The notes under the pieces were generated by a model. That model ran no database searches. It saw only the letters and a program-made list of their open reading frames with translations, and was not told where the DNA came from. The position numbers and the translations under genes were made by a program. From positions 434,001 to 498,000 of the forward strand of contig LSRY02000056.1 in assembly GCA_001643675.2 (NCBI GenBank): a stretch of DNA of 64,000 bases, read 5' to 3'. Below are positions 48,138 to 60,900 of this stretch, one piece after another (the first letter of the stretch is position 1; the number at the start of each line of letters is the position of its first letter). Source of the stretch: Monocercomonoides exilis PA203 (taxonomy: Eukaryota > Protista > Preaxostyla).

Positions 48138-51100
48138 TCTTCTTCTTCTTCTTCGAAAACAAACAAACAAACCACAAAAACAAAGCTACAACAACAACAA
48201 CAACAAGCTCAAAAAGCACCGAAACCAAAAGCAAAACCATCAAAGATGAGCAGCAAGCAACTGAAACAAACAAAGAATACATCTTCTTCTACTGCTTCTT
48301 CCTCCTCCTCCTCCTCTTCCTCTTCCTCTTCTTCTTCTTCTTCTTCTTCTTCTTCTCCTTCCTCTTCCTTTCCTTCATCTTCTTCCTCCTCCTCTTCCTC
48401 ATCATCAACTTCTTCATCAACAGATAAACCACAAGCATCATCTCCTTATCTTGAACCAACATCAACAGACACAAAAATGAATGAAACTGAACAACAACAA
48501 CAAAAACAAACAGGAGATAAAAATAATGATGCCTTATCTTTCTCTTCTTCTTCCTCTCCTTCTTCTTCTTCCTCCTCTTCTTCCTCTTCTTCTCAACAAA
48601 CTCATTCAAAATCAACAGGAGCATTCACATTCTGTGAACCGCACACAATCACAGTAGATTCATCAGCCTCAGCACTCCCCACGCCTCACAATGCATCTTC
48701 CAATCAGAAAGAGTCTTCTTTTTCTTCTTCTTCCTCTCTTTCATCTTCATCTTCATCTTCTCTTTCCTCTTCCTCTTCTTCTTCTTCTTCCTCTTCCTCT
48801 TCCTCTTCCTCTTCCTCTTCTTCTTCCTCCTCCTCCTCCTCTCCTTCTCCTTCCTCTTCTCCCTCTCCTTTCGACATCTGCCGTGATGACAACACCTTCC
48901 CCCGCAGTCAGTTTGCTCCTTGCATCGATGCCTTCTTCAACCCAAACTATGCAGAAGCAGGCGAAAATGCTAACTTTACAGTAGAAGAAGTACAAAAAGC
49001 CAAAGAAACAAATGCATATGCACATGATAGCTCTTCTGCTCTTGCTCTTCTTGCTTCGATTGCTTCTTCTTCTTCTTCTTCTTCTTCTTCTTCTTCTTCT
49101 TCTTCTTCTTCTTCTTCTTCTTCTTCTTCTTCTTCTTCTTCTTCTTCTTCTTCTTCTTCTTCTTCTTCTTCTTCTTCTTCCTCCTCCTCCTCCTCCTCCT
49201 CCTCCTCCTCCTCTTCCATTTCTTCGTCTTCATCTTCATCATCAACACCTACATCATTTAACTTTAATAGTTTTGCACATATTAGTAAATCGCCATCAAC
49301 AATGCCTTCCTCCTCCTCCTCCTCCTCTTCTTCTTCTCTTTCTTCTCTTTCTTCTTCTTCTCTTTCTTCTCTTTCTTCTTCTTCTCTTTCTTCTCTTTCT
49401 TCTTCTTCTCTTTCTTCCTCCTCTTCTTCTTCCCTCTTCTCCCTCAAACCCTTCCACGCTCGATCCTCACAAACAGCCAATCTTGATGCTGCCAAGAAGC
49501 AAGTGGCATTACAAGGGAAAGGCAAATTAAATGACGAAACTTTTAACTTGCTTAAGGAAGTTGTTAAGACACAGGAGAAGAAGAAAGATATGCTTGCTTC
49601 TTCTTCTTCTTCTTCTACTGCTTCTTTTCCTTCTTCTGCTTTTTCATCTTCTTTTCCCTCTCCCTCTCCATCTTCTTCTTCTCTTTCTTCTCTTTCTTCT
49701 TCCTCTTCTCCTTCATTTGCCCGTACGGCACATGAATTAGAAGAAGGACGATATTTAGACACAAATGATAGAGTAGCCTCAGCCAAAGAAGAAGGAGAAG
49801 AAAGAAAAGAAAGAGAAAGAGAAAGAGAAGAAGAAGAAGAAGAAGAAGAAAATGACTTTCAAACTAGCAATAAACCCAAAATAGGAGCAGATATTTCAAC
49901 ATACCTTCACAACACATTTGCTGAGGCATCAAAAAGGGAAAAGCTTGGATCTTTTGGTTTTCCTACGTTTAATTCTGCTTCTTCTTCTCTTTCTTCTTCC
50001 TCTTCCTCTTCTTCTCTTCCTTCATCTTCTTCTTCATTGTCTTTTCTTTCTTCTCGTTCACTTGCTTCGTCTTCTCCTTCAACTGCTTTTAAGAAAAACA
50101 CAAAATCAATTAGTTTTGGAGGAGAAGGAAAAGAAAGAGGAAAAAGAGAAGAAAAAGAGGAAAAAGAGGAAAAAGAAGAAGATGATGATGATGATTCAGA
50201 TATATATGAGTTTAAATCAAAGAATGAGATTAACAGAAGAGTTGATTATGGAACATTTAGCAGTGAAAAGAGTAAAATAACAAGTGTGAAACATGATGAA
50301 GAAGGAGAAGGAGGAGGAGAAGAAAAGAGAGAGAAGGAAGAAAATAATGAAGAAGGAAAAGGAAAAGGAGAAAAAGGAGAAGAGAAAGAAGAGAAAGAGA
50401 AAGAAAAAGAACAACAAAACACCAAAATGGATAAGAAGCAGAAGAAGAAAGAGAAAAACAAGAAGAAGAAAGAGAGGAAGAAAGCAGAGAAAGAAGAGAG
50501 GAAGAAACAAATGGAAGAAAACAATACAACAGAAAAGATTGATACAAAAGAAAGAGAAGAAAAACAGGAAGAAAAAGAAGAAAAAGAAAAAGAAAAAGAC
50601 AAGAAAAAGAAGAAAGAAGAAAACGAACCAACAATAAAAGAGAAAGCAACAAAAGAAAAGGGAAAAGAAAAAGAAGAAAAGAAAGAAGAAGAAGAAGAAA
50701 ACGAAGATAAACAAAAAGAACAAAAAGAACAAAAGGGAACAAGTGGAGAAAGTGAGCAAAAACAAGATTCAACAGAAAAAGCATCAGCAACATCTTCTTC
50801 TTCTTCACAACCAACAAATTCTTCCTCTTCTTCTTCCTCTTCCTCTGCTTCTTCTTCTTTATCAACCTCTTCAGAACCATCAGAACCAAACAAAACAAAC
50901 CAATCAGAATTTTCAAAAACATCAGAAGACAAGAAAGACAAGCCATCACAACAACAACAACAAAATTCATCTTCCTCCTCCTCCTCATCATCTTCTTCAT
51001 CTTCTTCATCTTCTTCATCTTCTTCTTCCTCCTCCTCTTCCTCTTCTTCTCTTCCTTCAAACCCCAAATCCGAAAAAGAATCCGAATCTCAATCAGAAAG

Positions 51101-54100
51101 CGACAAAAGAGAAGCGAAGAAAGAAGAAAACAAGAAAATCGAAGAAAAAAAGAAAGCTCTTTCGATTTCTGCTTATTTGCCATCGTTGACAGAGCCACTG
51201 ACAAAAGAAGAGAAAAAACAAAAGCAAGCAGAAAGGAAAGAGAAAGAGAAGAAAGAAAGAGAAGAGAAGGAGAAAAGAGAGAGAGAGAGGAAGGAGAAGG
51301 AGAAGAAAGAGAGAGATGAGAAAGAGAAGAGGGATAGAGAAAAGAGAGAGAGGGAGAAGAAGGCAAGGGAAGAAAAGCTGAAGGAAGAAAAGGAGAAGAG
51401 AGAGAAAGAGAAGGAGAGGAAGGAGAAGGAGAGGAAAGAGAGAGAAGAGAAGGAGAGGCAAGAGAGAGAGAAGAAGGAGAAAATGAAGAAGGAAAAAGAA
51501 GAGAAGGAGAGGCAAAGGAAGGAGCAACAAGAAAAGGAGAAAGAACAAAAAATGAAAGAGAAAGAAAAAGAAAAACAAAAAGAAAAACAAAAAGCTCAAC
51601 AAACAACACAGAAGAATGCTCAACAACTTTCTTCATCACAAAAATCAGAAAAATCATCTTCTTCATCACAAGCAGCATCAAAAGACAAAGAGAAAGAGAA
51701 AGACAAAGATAAATCATCTTCTCAATCAACAAATGATACAAAGCAATCAACATCATCAGCTTCTTCTTCTTCCTCCTCCTCTTCTTCTTCTCATTCTTCT
51801 CATTCAGCAGCTCAACTTCAATCCAAACCCAAAAATAGCTCAAAACAAGCACAAACACAAACAACAGCGAAACCGAAGCAAACAACTGCCAATTCAACAG
51901 CAAAATCACAATCGAATGCGAAGAAGGAGAAAGTTGAGAAGAAAGGGAAGAAGAAAGGAGAAAAGGAAGAGGCAGAGAAGGAGATGGACAGAGAAAGAGA
52001 GCAGATGAAGAAGGAAGAGGAGGAGATGAGAGAGAGAGAGAAAGAGAAAGAGAAAGAGAAAGAGAAAGAGAAAGAGAAAGAAAAAGAAAAAGAAAAGATG
52101 AAAGAAGCAGGAAAACACCAAGATGATAAGAAAGATACAGACAATAAATCAACATCAACAACATCATCAGCACAACATAATCATTCTGAAACATCTGCTT
52201 CTTCTTCAGCCTCAAATGAAATATCTTCTTCTTCCTCTTCCTCTTCTTCCTCTTCTCTAACCACTCCAACACTGCCAAGTCAATCAAGAATGCGTTCTGC
52301 TTTCACCCCTGTCTCTTCTTCCTCTCCTCTTAATTCTCCTTCTCTCTCTCTTTCCTCTTCCTCTTCCTCCTCCTCCTCTTCTTCTTCTTCCTCTTCCTCT
52401 TCCTCTTCCTTTTCTTCCTCCTCTCCTTCTTCTTCCTCCTCCTTCAATCCAATGCTCACCCCCCAGCGTGATATTAAGCATCTTGCATTCAACACTGCCT
52501 CTCCTCCTTTCTCACCAAGACGGGGTGAGTTGACTCCTTCTTCCTCTGCTTTTTCTGCTTCTTCTCGTTCTTCTTCTGCAAATTCTCCTTCTTCCTCTTC
52601 TTCCTCTTCTACTCCTCAGAACTTTTCAGTGGTATATGCCAACTCTCAATCTTCACAACAGAACCTACAATTTACACAGCCCCAGCATTTCTCTTCATTC
52701 AACTCTTCTTCTCTCTCTTCCTTGTCTTCTCCTTCTCTCTCTCAATCAGCCAATTCTTCTTCTTCTACTACTTCTTCCTCCTCTTCCTCTTCCTCCTCTT
52801 CTTCTTCCTTCCTCTCTTCCTCCACTCTTCCTCCTCGTCCTTCACAGAACAGTCAACAGAAACACTCAAGCGAACCAAACCGTTTTCATTGGCTTCCTTT
52901 GAAGAATAAAACAGTTTCATCAGCATCATCATCTGCAGCACTGTCAGAAGAAGAGAGAGAAAGAGAAAGAGAGAAGGATAAAGAGAAGGATAAAGAAAGA
53001 GCTAAAGAAAGAGAAAGAGAGAAGGAAAGGCAACAATATGTCTACAACAACGACAGCACCCTTCTTCCTTCTCATTTGCTCCCAACACAATCTCTATCAT
53101 ACCAACAGCCTCAGCAAAACCATCCTTCTTCTTCTTCTTCTTCTTCCTTCTCAGCTATTCTCCTTCCTTCTGCCTTCTCTCCCATCCCTTCCCTCAACTC
53201 ATCCCCATCCTCTTCTTCTTCTTCTTCTTCTTCCTCTCCCTCTCTCTCTTCTTCCTCTTCCTCTTCCTCCTCTTCTTCTTCTGTTGCCCATCTGCACTGC
53301 CCACGCTCCACCAAGCCCACAACTTTCCCTGAGCCTTACTCCAGGCTCTACATCGGCTCCATCAACGACAGAGAGATGGATTGCTCTGACATGCCTGTCA
53401 CAATCGAGGAGATTGAGAGGAATCTGAAGAAAGACGTTCAGTCAGAAGCATACGAAAGAGATGTGCTGGGATTAGCTTACAGAGGAGATGCAACGTTCTC
53501 ATCGGCTTTTCCGTACAGTCAGCAGAACGGGATGTTTGCAGCACCATCATCTTCTTCTGCTTCTGCTTCTTCTTCCTCTTCGTCATCATCTTCTTCTCAT
53601 TCCATGCAGCTTCAGTCACTGCCATTACAGAGAAACACACAGGGCACTCCGCAATCCATCGGCTCCTTCCACAGCTTCTCCCACACTCTCCCTTCGAAGC
53701 ACACGATCGGCCTCACTCCATTCTCTGTCTCCTCCTTCACAGCTGTCGTGCCTGATGCCTGGAGAATGGGCGACGACATCAACCCAGACGAAGACTTCCA
53801 CAACGACGAGAAGGATTTTCCTCTGACTTCGCGCTCTCTGACTGACGATGAGGCCATCCAGAGACACAACTTGCTCTCTCGCAATTCATTCTCAGTCAAT
53901 CCACGCCTTGCCTCGGGCCAAGCTCAGTATGCAGATGCCTTTTCTCCTTCGTTTGATAGCTATGCGGCTGTGAATGGAAGAGGGAGAAGGGTGTTCTCCA
54001 CTACTGATGATGTGATTCCTGCGCATTCATCGTCGTTTGACAACAGAAACCTCCCTATTCAACAAGGGCTGAGTCAGCGCTCACATCCAACAACCACACA

Positions 54101-54884
54101 ATCTCTACATGCATACACCACTTCTTCTTCTTCTTCTGCCAATCAATCTCTTTCCTCCACTGCCTCTCTGAACCACCTGAAGTACATCCAGCAATCTTCT
54201 TCTTCTTCTTCTTATTCTCCTTCCCTTGCCCCTTCTTCCCCTTCTACCTCTTCCCTCACCCGCTCCATCCATCTCCCCACTCGCCAGTCAAATTCTGTCC
54301 CTCCCCAAACCTTCCTCTTCAATGAGCAGCTGACTGACACCTCTTCCATTCAGTCTGTGCCTTCATACATCTCACCCGCCACCTCCCCCGTTCTCCCTTC
54401 TTTCAACCCTATTCAACAGCAAAGCTCTTCTTCTGTTTATCATCCAAACGGCACATCATCATCTTCTTCTTCTCCCTCCTCCTCCTCCTCATCATCATCA
54501 TCATCATCCTCTTCTTCTTCCTTATCATCTTCACAATACATTTCATCTCCCTCTCATTTCATCTATCCACACAGCACACCCCACTCCTCACACACCAACA
54601 CTTCATCTGACTCACGCCGTGCAAAGACACCTCAGCCTTATCCTTTCCCTCTCCTCTCTTCTGACCAGTCGCCTGCCTCTGCCTCCTTCTCCTCTTTCGA
54701 CCCTGCCTATGACGATGCTATGAAGGACAGAGCGAAAAACACACTGCAATCGGGCTATGCATTTGGTGTGCAGAGAGCTTCGACTCCACAGCCAACATCT
54801 TCGACTTCTATTTCTTCGTTGACTTCTTCTTCATCTTCTTCTTCTTCTAATTCTTTCTCTTCTTCCTCATCTTCAAGCTCATCA

Positions 54885-54919
<35 letters not shown>

Positions 54920-57900
54920 CAAAGCATTATCCACCTTTTCCCCTTCCTCCTTCTCCCGTGTCCTCCACAACTCTCCTCAGCAGCGCCCTGTTTCTCCTTC
55001 CAGCTCTTCCATTGCCTCTGCTCTTTCCACATCCACTCAGCACAGCCAGTCCACATCGCAAGTGCCTTCTCTCTCCACCTCCCGCAAACACCTCTCCCTC
55101 GCCTCTGCTAAAGCTGCCCCATTCTATCCATCTTCTTCTTCCAATCAGTCATTCAAAGCCATTCGTGGCAGAACCTCATCAACAGATGCTGCTCAGACCT
55201 CATTCGACAGAAGATCATTGGCAAGTGAAGGGGATGCTGAGATTGGAGGAGAGAGAGAAAGAGAAAGAGAAAGAATGATTGCCTCAGACGACAAACGCTC
55301 TTTGAGAGAAGAAATGCTGTCTGCTGCCTCACACGAGAGAGGGAGGGTGAGTGAGAGAGGAAGAAGCACCGCTGACAGAGCAATGGCCAATGCACGCTCT
55401 CATTCACAGTCTGCACAGCCCATCCCGCTTTCGCCGTCCATCCGGTCTATTTCTTCAGTCAGTTCTCTGCCAACGTCTGTTGAAGATATGGCTGCATTTG
55501 GAGAGAGAGAGAAGGAGAATGGAGAGCAAATGAGAGGAGGGATGAGTGATGTGTTCTCAGCCACTGCGCCTCTGCCTGTGACATCGACGAGGAAGACATT
55601 TGGAGACATACAAGAACTGCAATCGAGTCAACAACAGGAGAAAGAAAAGCATTCTTCATTGAACTTGCCAAGAATAAACTCATCTGTAAAGACGAGTGAT
55701 GATAACAAAGCTGCTCATTCAAATCAGACAAATGGAGGATCTTCACAGCCGTTTTCTTTGGATTCTGCTTCTTCTTCTTCTGCTGCTGCTGCTCCTTCTT
55801 CTACTGATTCTTCATCTTCCTCCTCCTCCTCTTCCTCTTCCTCTTCCTCCTCTTCCTCTTCCTCTTCCTCCTCCTCTTTTTCTCTTCAATCTCTCCCTCC
55901 TCTTTCCCCCAGCAAAGGCCGCCTCCACTTCAGCAGCTCTCCTTCCACTCTCGTCCGCTTCCAGTCTCCTCTCCCTTCTGCCCCTTCTGTTTCTTCCTCT
56001 TCCTCCATCAACTCTCTCAACCTGTTCTCTTCAAAGATCCCCAGCCAGCCTCACAAGTTCTCTTCAAGGCAGTCCTTCAACTCATCCCCTTTGACTTTGT
56101 CGTTTTCTCGTGAGTCACTTTCAGGCGATGCTTCTTCCCTTTCACTTCGATCTTCACTGGCTGGGAAATTTGGATCTTCCTCGTTATCTTCGTCATCATC
56201 ATCATCTTCTTCTTCTTCTTCTTCTTCTTCTTCTTCACGTTCTTCCTCCTCCTCCTCTTCCTCCTCTTCTCTTTCATCGTCATCATCATCTTCTTCTTCT
56301 GTTTCTGGCAATTCTTCTGAAAAGCGTCGTCCATCTGAAGTTGTTGATGACAAATCCTATGTCTATCCATTGACACACTCTTCTTCCTCTTTCTCGCCTC
56401 GTCCACCTTCTGCTCCCTCTTCTACTGCTGCTGCCTCTTCTCATTTAACTCGCTCTCATTCTGCTTCTTTTGTTTCTTCTTCTTCTTCCAATTCTTCTTC
56501 CAATTCTTCTTCCAATTCTTCTTCCTCATCTTCTTCCTCTTCCTCTCCTTCCTCTCAGTCCATCTCCTCCTTCTCCAACCATTCCACTCCAACTGACTCT
56601 CCTTCATTCACTTTGAATGCTGCTCAATCGCCTTCTGCTGAGCTCGACCCATCTGCTGTGACACCTGCCCCTCTCTCCACCACTCCTGTCTCTGAACAGG
56701 AACAGTCTCAAACTTCTTCATTTTATTCTCAACAGCAACAGCAAACACAGCAGCAGCAACAACAAGGTTATCTTGCCTCTCAGCAATTCCAGCCAAAGTC
56801 AACACCAACAAGAAATGCTCAGTCCAATTTCATCTTCCAGCCATCGGGGACAAACTCATCATCTGAACTATCTTCTCCACAGGTTGCACAGGGAAATACT
56901 TCACCTTCATCATCATCATCATCTTCTTCTTCTTCTTCTGTAATCTCTTCTCTTCCTCATCTCCCCCAGAATTCTCCTGCTGCATACTCCTCTCCATCCC
57001 CATCTCCTGTGCCATATCAGCCAGGTCTTCCATACACCACCACCACTGCTGCTGCTGCTCTTTCCCAACATCCCCAGCTCCCAGTTATTTCTCCTCCTCT
57101 TCCTCCTTCATCATCATCAACAACATCCATCTCATCTCTCCCAAACACTCTCCATCCACAAGGTCTTCCTCTCCCCTTGCAGCCCAACCCTGCTCTTGCT
57201 GCAATGGTGCCTGCTGCTCAGATGAATGCACAAATGACTGCACAGATGGCTTCACAAGCAATGCCAGCTGATCTGCCCATGCAGTTCTATCCAATGTCCC
57301 CTGCTTCTGCATTGCCAGTGGCTGGCGGGTATGCTATGCCCTATATGGGCAACGGGATGTATCCTTATTATGCAGCACTCCAGTCGATGATGATGGGACA
57401 TCAACGGCAAGTGAACACGCCATTCATCTACACTCCCTCTCAACAGCAGCAGTCACAGCAGCAAAGCCAACAACAATCTCAACAAGCACAATCACCGCAG
57501 TCTCAACAGCAGCAACAACAACAACAGACCCAGCAAATGCAGCAAAGCCAGCAGAACCAACAGCAAATCCTTCAGCAGCTCCAGCAAATGCAGCAAATGC
57601 AGCAGTTTCAGAGGATGTCGATGATGCAGTCACCTGCGTTCCACCCTGTCTCTTCTCAAATGCCTTCTCCCTTTCCAGGTGCAGGCGTGGGTATGTCTAT
57701 CCTTCCCCACCCTCCTTTCTCTCCTCCTTTCATGTTCCCTTCTCAGAACCCTCAACAGCAACAGCAACAGCAGCAGATAATCTTGTCTCTCATGCAGCTC
57801 CAGGCTCAGCAGGCTGTGGAGCCTTCTGCCTCTGCGCCTGCCTCTTCTTTACTTTCTGCTTCCACATTCGGACGCATTCGATCACTCGCCAGTCTGTTTG

Positions 57901-60900
57901 CAAGGTTAAACAGATTGGGCTTTCGAGAATCAACAAAGGCGTCTGCTAATTCGATGCTGCACTTGACAGTTATTCCTTCTGGGAGAATAAACACCAACAA
58001 AAGAAAGCAGAATTCTGCTGTGAATACAAACGCAAATACAAATACAAACACAAATACTCAAGTGAATACGAATATGAATGCCAATGCAAAGAATTCTGAA
58101 GAGAATGCTCTGTCTGCTTGTGCATCATCCAACCCTGTCTCTCCAGACACTGCCTCTGATTCTCTCTCAAGCAACACTTCTTCCATTCCATCAGCATTGG
58201 AATCTGTTACAGCTCCAACTGTAAAGAAAATCAATCAGAATCCACATCCATCCACAGATCTTGTTAAAGCATCGCTTGTTGCTTCTCCATCATCCTCTTC
58301 TTCTTCCTTCTCCACAACAACAACAACAGCCATTGATACCTACGTCAAACACCCTCCTGTCTCTATTCCATTGCGCACAGCCTTTGTCCACACTTTCTCC
58401 CTCGTGTCATCCCTCATCCACTCTGCTTATAAGAAATCCTCTTCGTTCAATTCTAAACCCCTTTCGTTCTGTGCACCTTCTCTTGGCTATTCCACACACT
58501 TGACGATTCCTCCCCAGCCTTTCCAGCACTTTACCACTGCTGCTTCTTCGCTCTACACAATCACTGGACTCTTCTCTCTCTATTTCCTGTCTTTGGCTGA
58601 TGCACATGTGCCTTCTATTCCACCAGCCATTCTTGGAACTGTCATCAACCCCAATGAGAAAGAGACTGGGAGCCCGTCCTCATCTGCTGCTGGGATTTCT
58701 TCTGTGGTGGCTGTAAGATATCCTGTCCAATCAGCATCTTCTTCTTTCTCTTTTTCCTCTTCCTCTTTCACTCCCTTCTCCTTCCCCCACTCCCCTGAAG
58801 AGCATGAAACCTCTCTTGTCCGCCTCTCTCATCCATCGTCTGTGGCTGACATGTCTCCTGATGGAGAAATGGCTTCATTGCCATGGCTGTCACATCCATC
58901 TGGTGTTTATTCGTTTGTGGTGGATGAGATGGTTGAATGGATGGAGAAGGAGAAGAAAGAACACGAAGAGAAGCTGAGGAAGGAGAGGGAGAAGGCGAGG
59001 AGAGAGAGGGAGAGGAAAGAGAGAGAGATGGAGAAGAAGAGGAAAGAGGAAGAGGAAAGGAGGAAGAGAGAGGAAGAAGAAGAGAAAGAAAGAATTGCAG
59101 CAGGAGATTCAGAGAAACCGAATAAGAAGAAGAAGAAGCGAAAGGGAAAGCAAAAAGGAAAAGAAAAAGATCAAAACGAAGACAAAGAAGGATCACCGAC
59201 AGCAGATACACCTTCTTCGACAGCCACATCTTCTGCTTCGAAAGCCAATCAAGCAGGTTCTATTCAAATCTCTCCTTCTCCCTCTTCTTCCCCGTCTCTT
59301 TCCCTTTCTCTTTCTTCTCCCTCGCCTTCGCCTTCTCCGCTCTCTTCTACCATTCTTTCTACTCCAACAGCAACATTATCAGAAGATCAAATGAATTCTA
59401 GTGAAAATGATGCTTTGGCTTCTATTTCTGCCTCACAAAAGCTCCCGTCTTCCATCTGGGCAGCTCTGCATTCATTCTATCGCACACAAAATCCATCAAA
59501 TTCTCAATCTTCTTCTTCTTCTTCTCTTTCCTCCGACAACAAGCGCTCATTCACCATCCCCTCCTCCATCAAAGAGAAGATGCTGTCTGACGAGATCTCT
59601 GCCTTCCACTCGTACATGTCCCTCACAAAAGCCGAATGTCTTGCACGTTTTGATGTCGTTGACCGCATTCTGCAGACTGCGCTGTGCATCAACAAGAACC
59701 TGGTGATGTGTGTCTATGGCTCTCTGTCGACTTATCTCTCTCTCCCAACCTCTGATGTGGATGTGGTGTTCATCACAGTGCCCCAGCTGAGATATGTGCT
59801 GCGGATACAGAGACTGATTAGGGTGCAGTTTGAGAGGTGGTATGGCGCGAAGTTTAGAAGAGGGGAAGAGAAAGAGAAAGAGAAGGAGAAGGAAAAAGAA
59901 AAAGAGAAAGAAAGTAAAGAAGATAGGAAGAAGAAAGGGAAGAAGGAGAAGGAGAAGGAGAAACTAGAGAGGCTGCTGAAGAAGGAGAGGCAGAATGCAA
60001 AGAAGTTGGAGTCATTCAAAAACGATTATGTGAGCATCATTGAAGAGAAGCTGTATGGAAGAGTCCAAAAGGATAATGAAGGGAAAGACAAGAACGGAAG
60101 CAAAGCAAACAGAGAAAGCAGAACAGAACAAGACAAAGGAGCAAATGATGCGCCAACAGCATTCCCATCAAATATCACATCTTCACTGGAGAACTTCGAA
60201 GGAACACAAAACGACCAAACCACATTTTCTTCCTCAGCAGAGTCAACAGAGCAATCTCTTCAGCCATCTATTTTACAACAACAACAACAACTTCAGCAGC
60301 GGTCGTCTCAAAGACCTTCAATAGGCATTTGTGTTCGGTGTGGCACGTTGGATCTGAATGGACACTGCATCTGCAAAGCATACGCGACAATTGATGAAGA
60401 GGACAGGATTGCGAGAGAACTGGAGAAAGGAGAGAAGAAAGAGAAGGAGAAAGAAAAGAAGGAAGGTGACAGAGAAGATGGTTCACAGGGAAAGCAATCT
60501 GATGCCGCTAATGCTTCCAATCAAGATGGTGGGCAAACTTCTTCTTCTTCTTCCAAAACTTCTTCCTCTTCCTCATCCTCTTCTCTCTTCCCTCCTCTTT
60601 CTCCTCTTACCTCTCCTTCTCCTGGAGTACAGCGTACCCCATCTCCATCTTCTCTTCCATCTGCTGTCTCTGCTTTGCTCCAATCTTCTGCCACTTCTTA
60701 TTCATCAACTGCCCTTTCTTCCTCTTATCACGCCATTTTCGACTTTACTGCTCCTCTTTTTGCATCAGACAACGAAACAATTTTATCTCTCTTTGCTTCT
60801 CCTTCGTATCCTCATGTGCCTCCTAAACAAAGTACTTCTCATTCTTCTTCCTCCTCATCTTCTTCTTCTTCGGTTCTTTCTACTCAATCAAATGATGATA

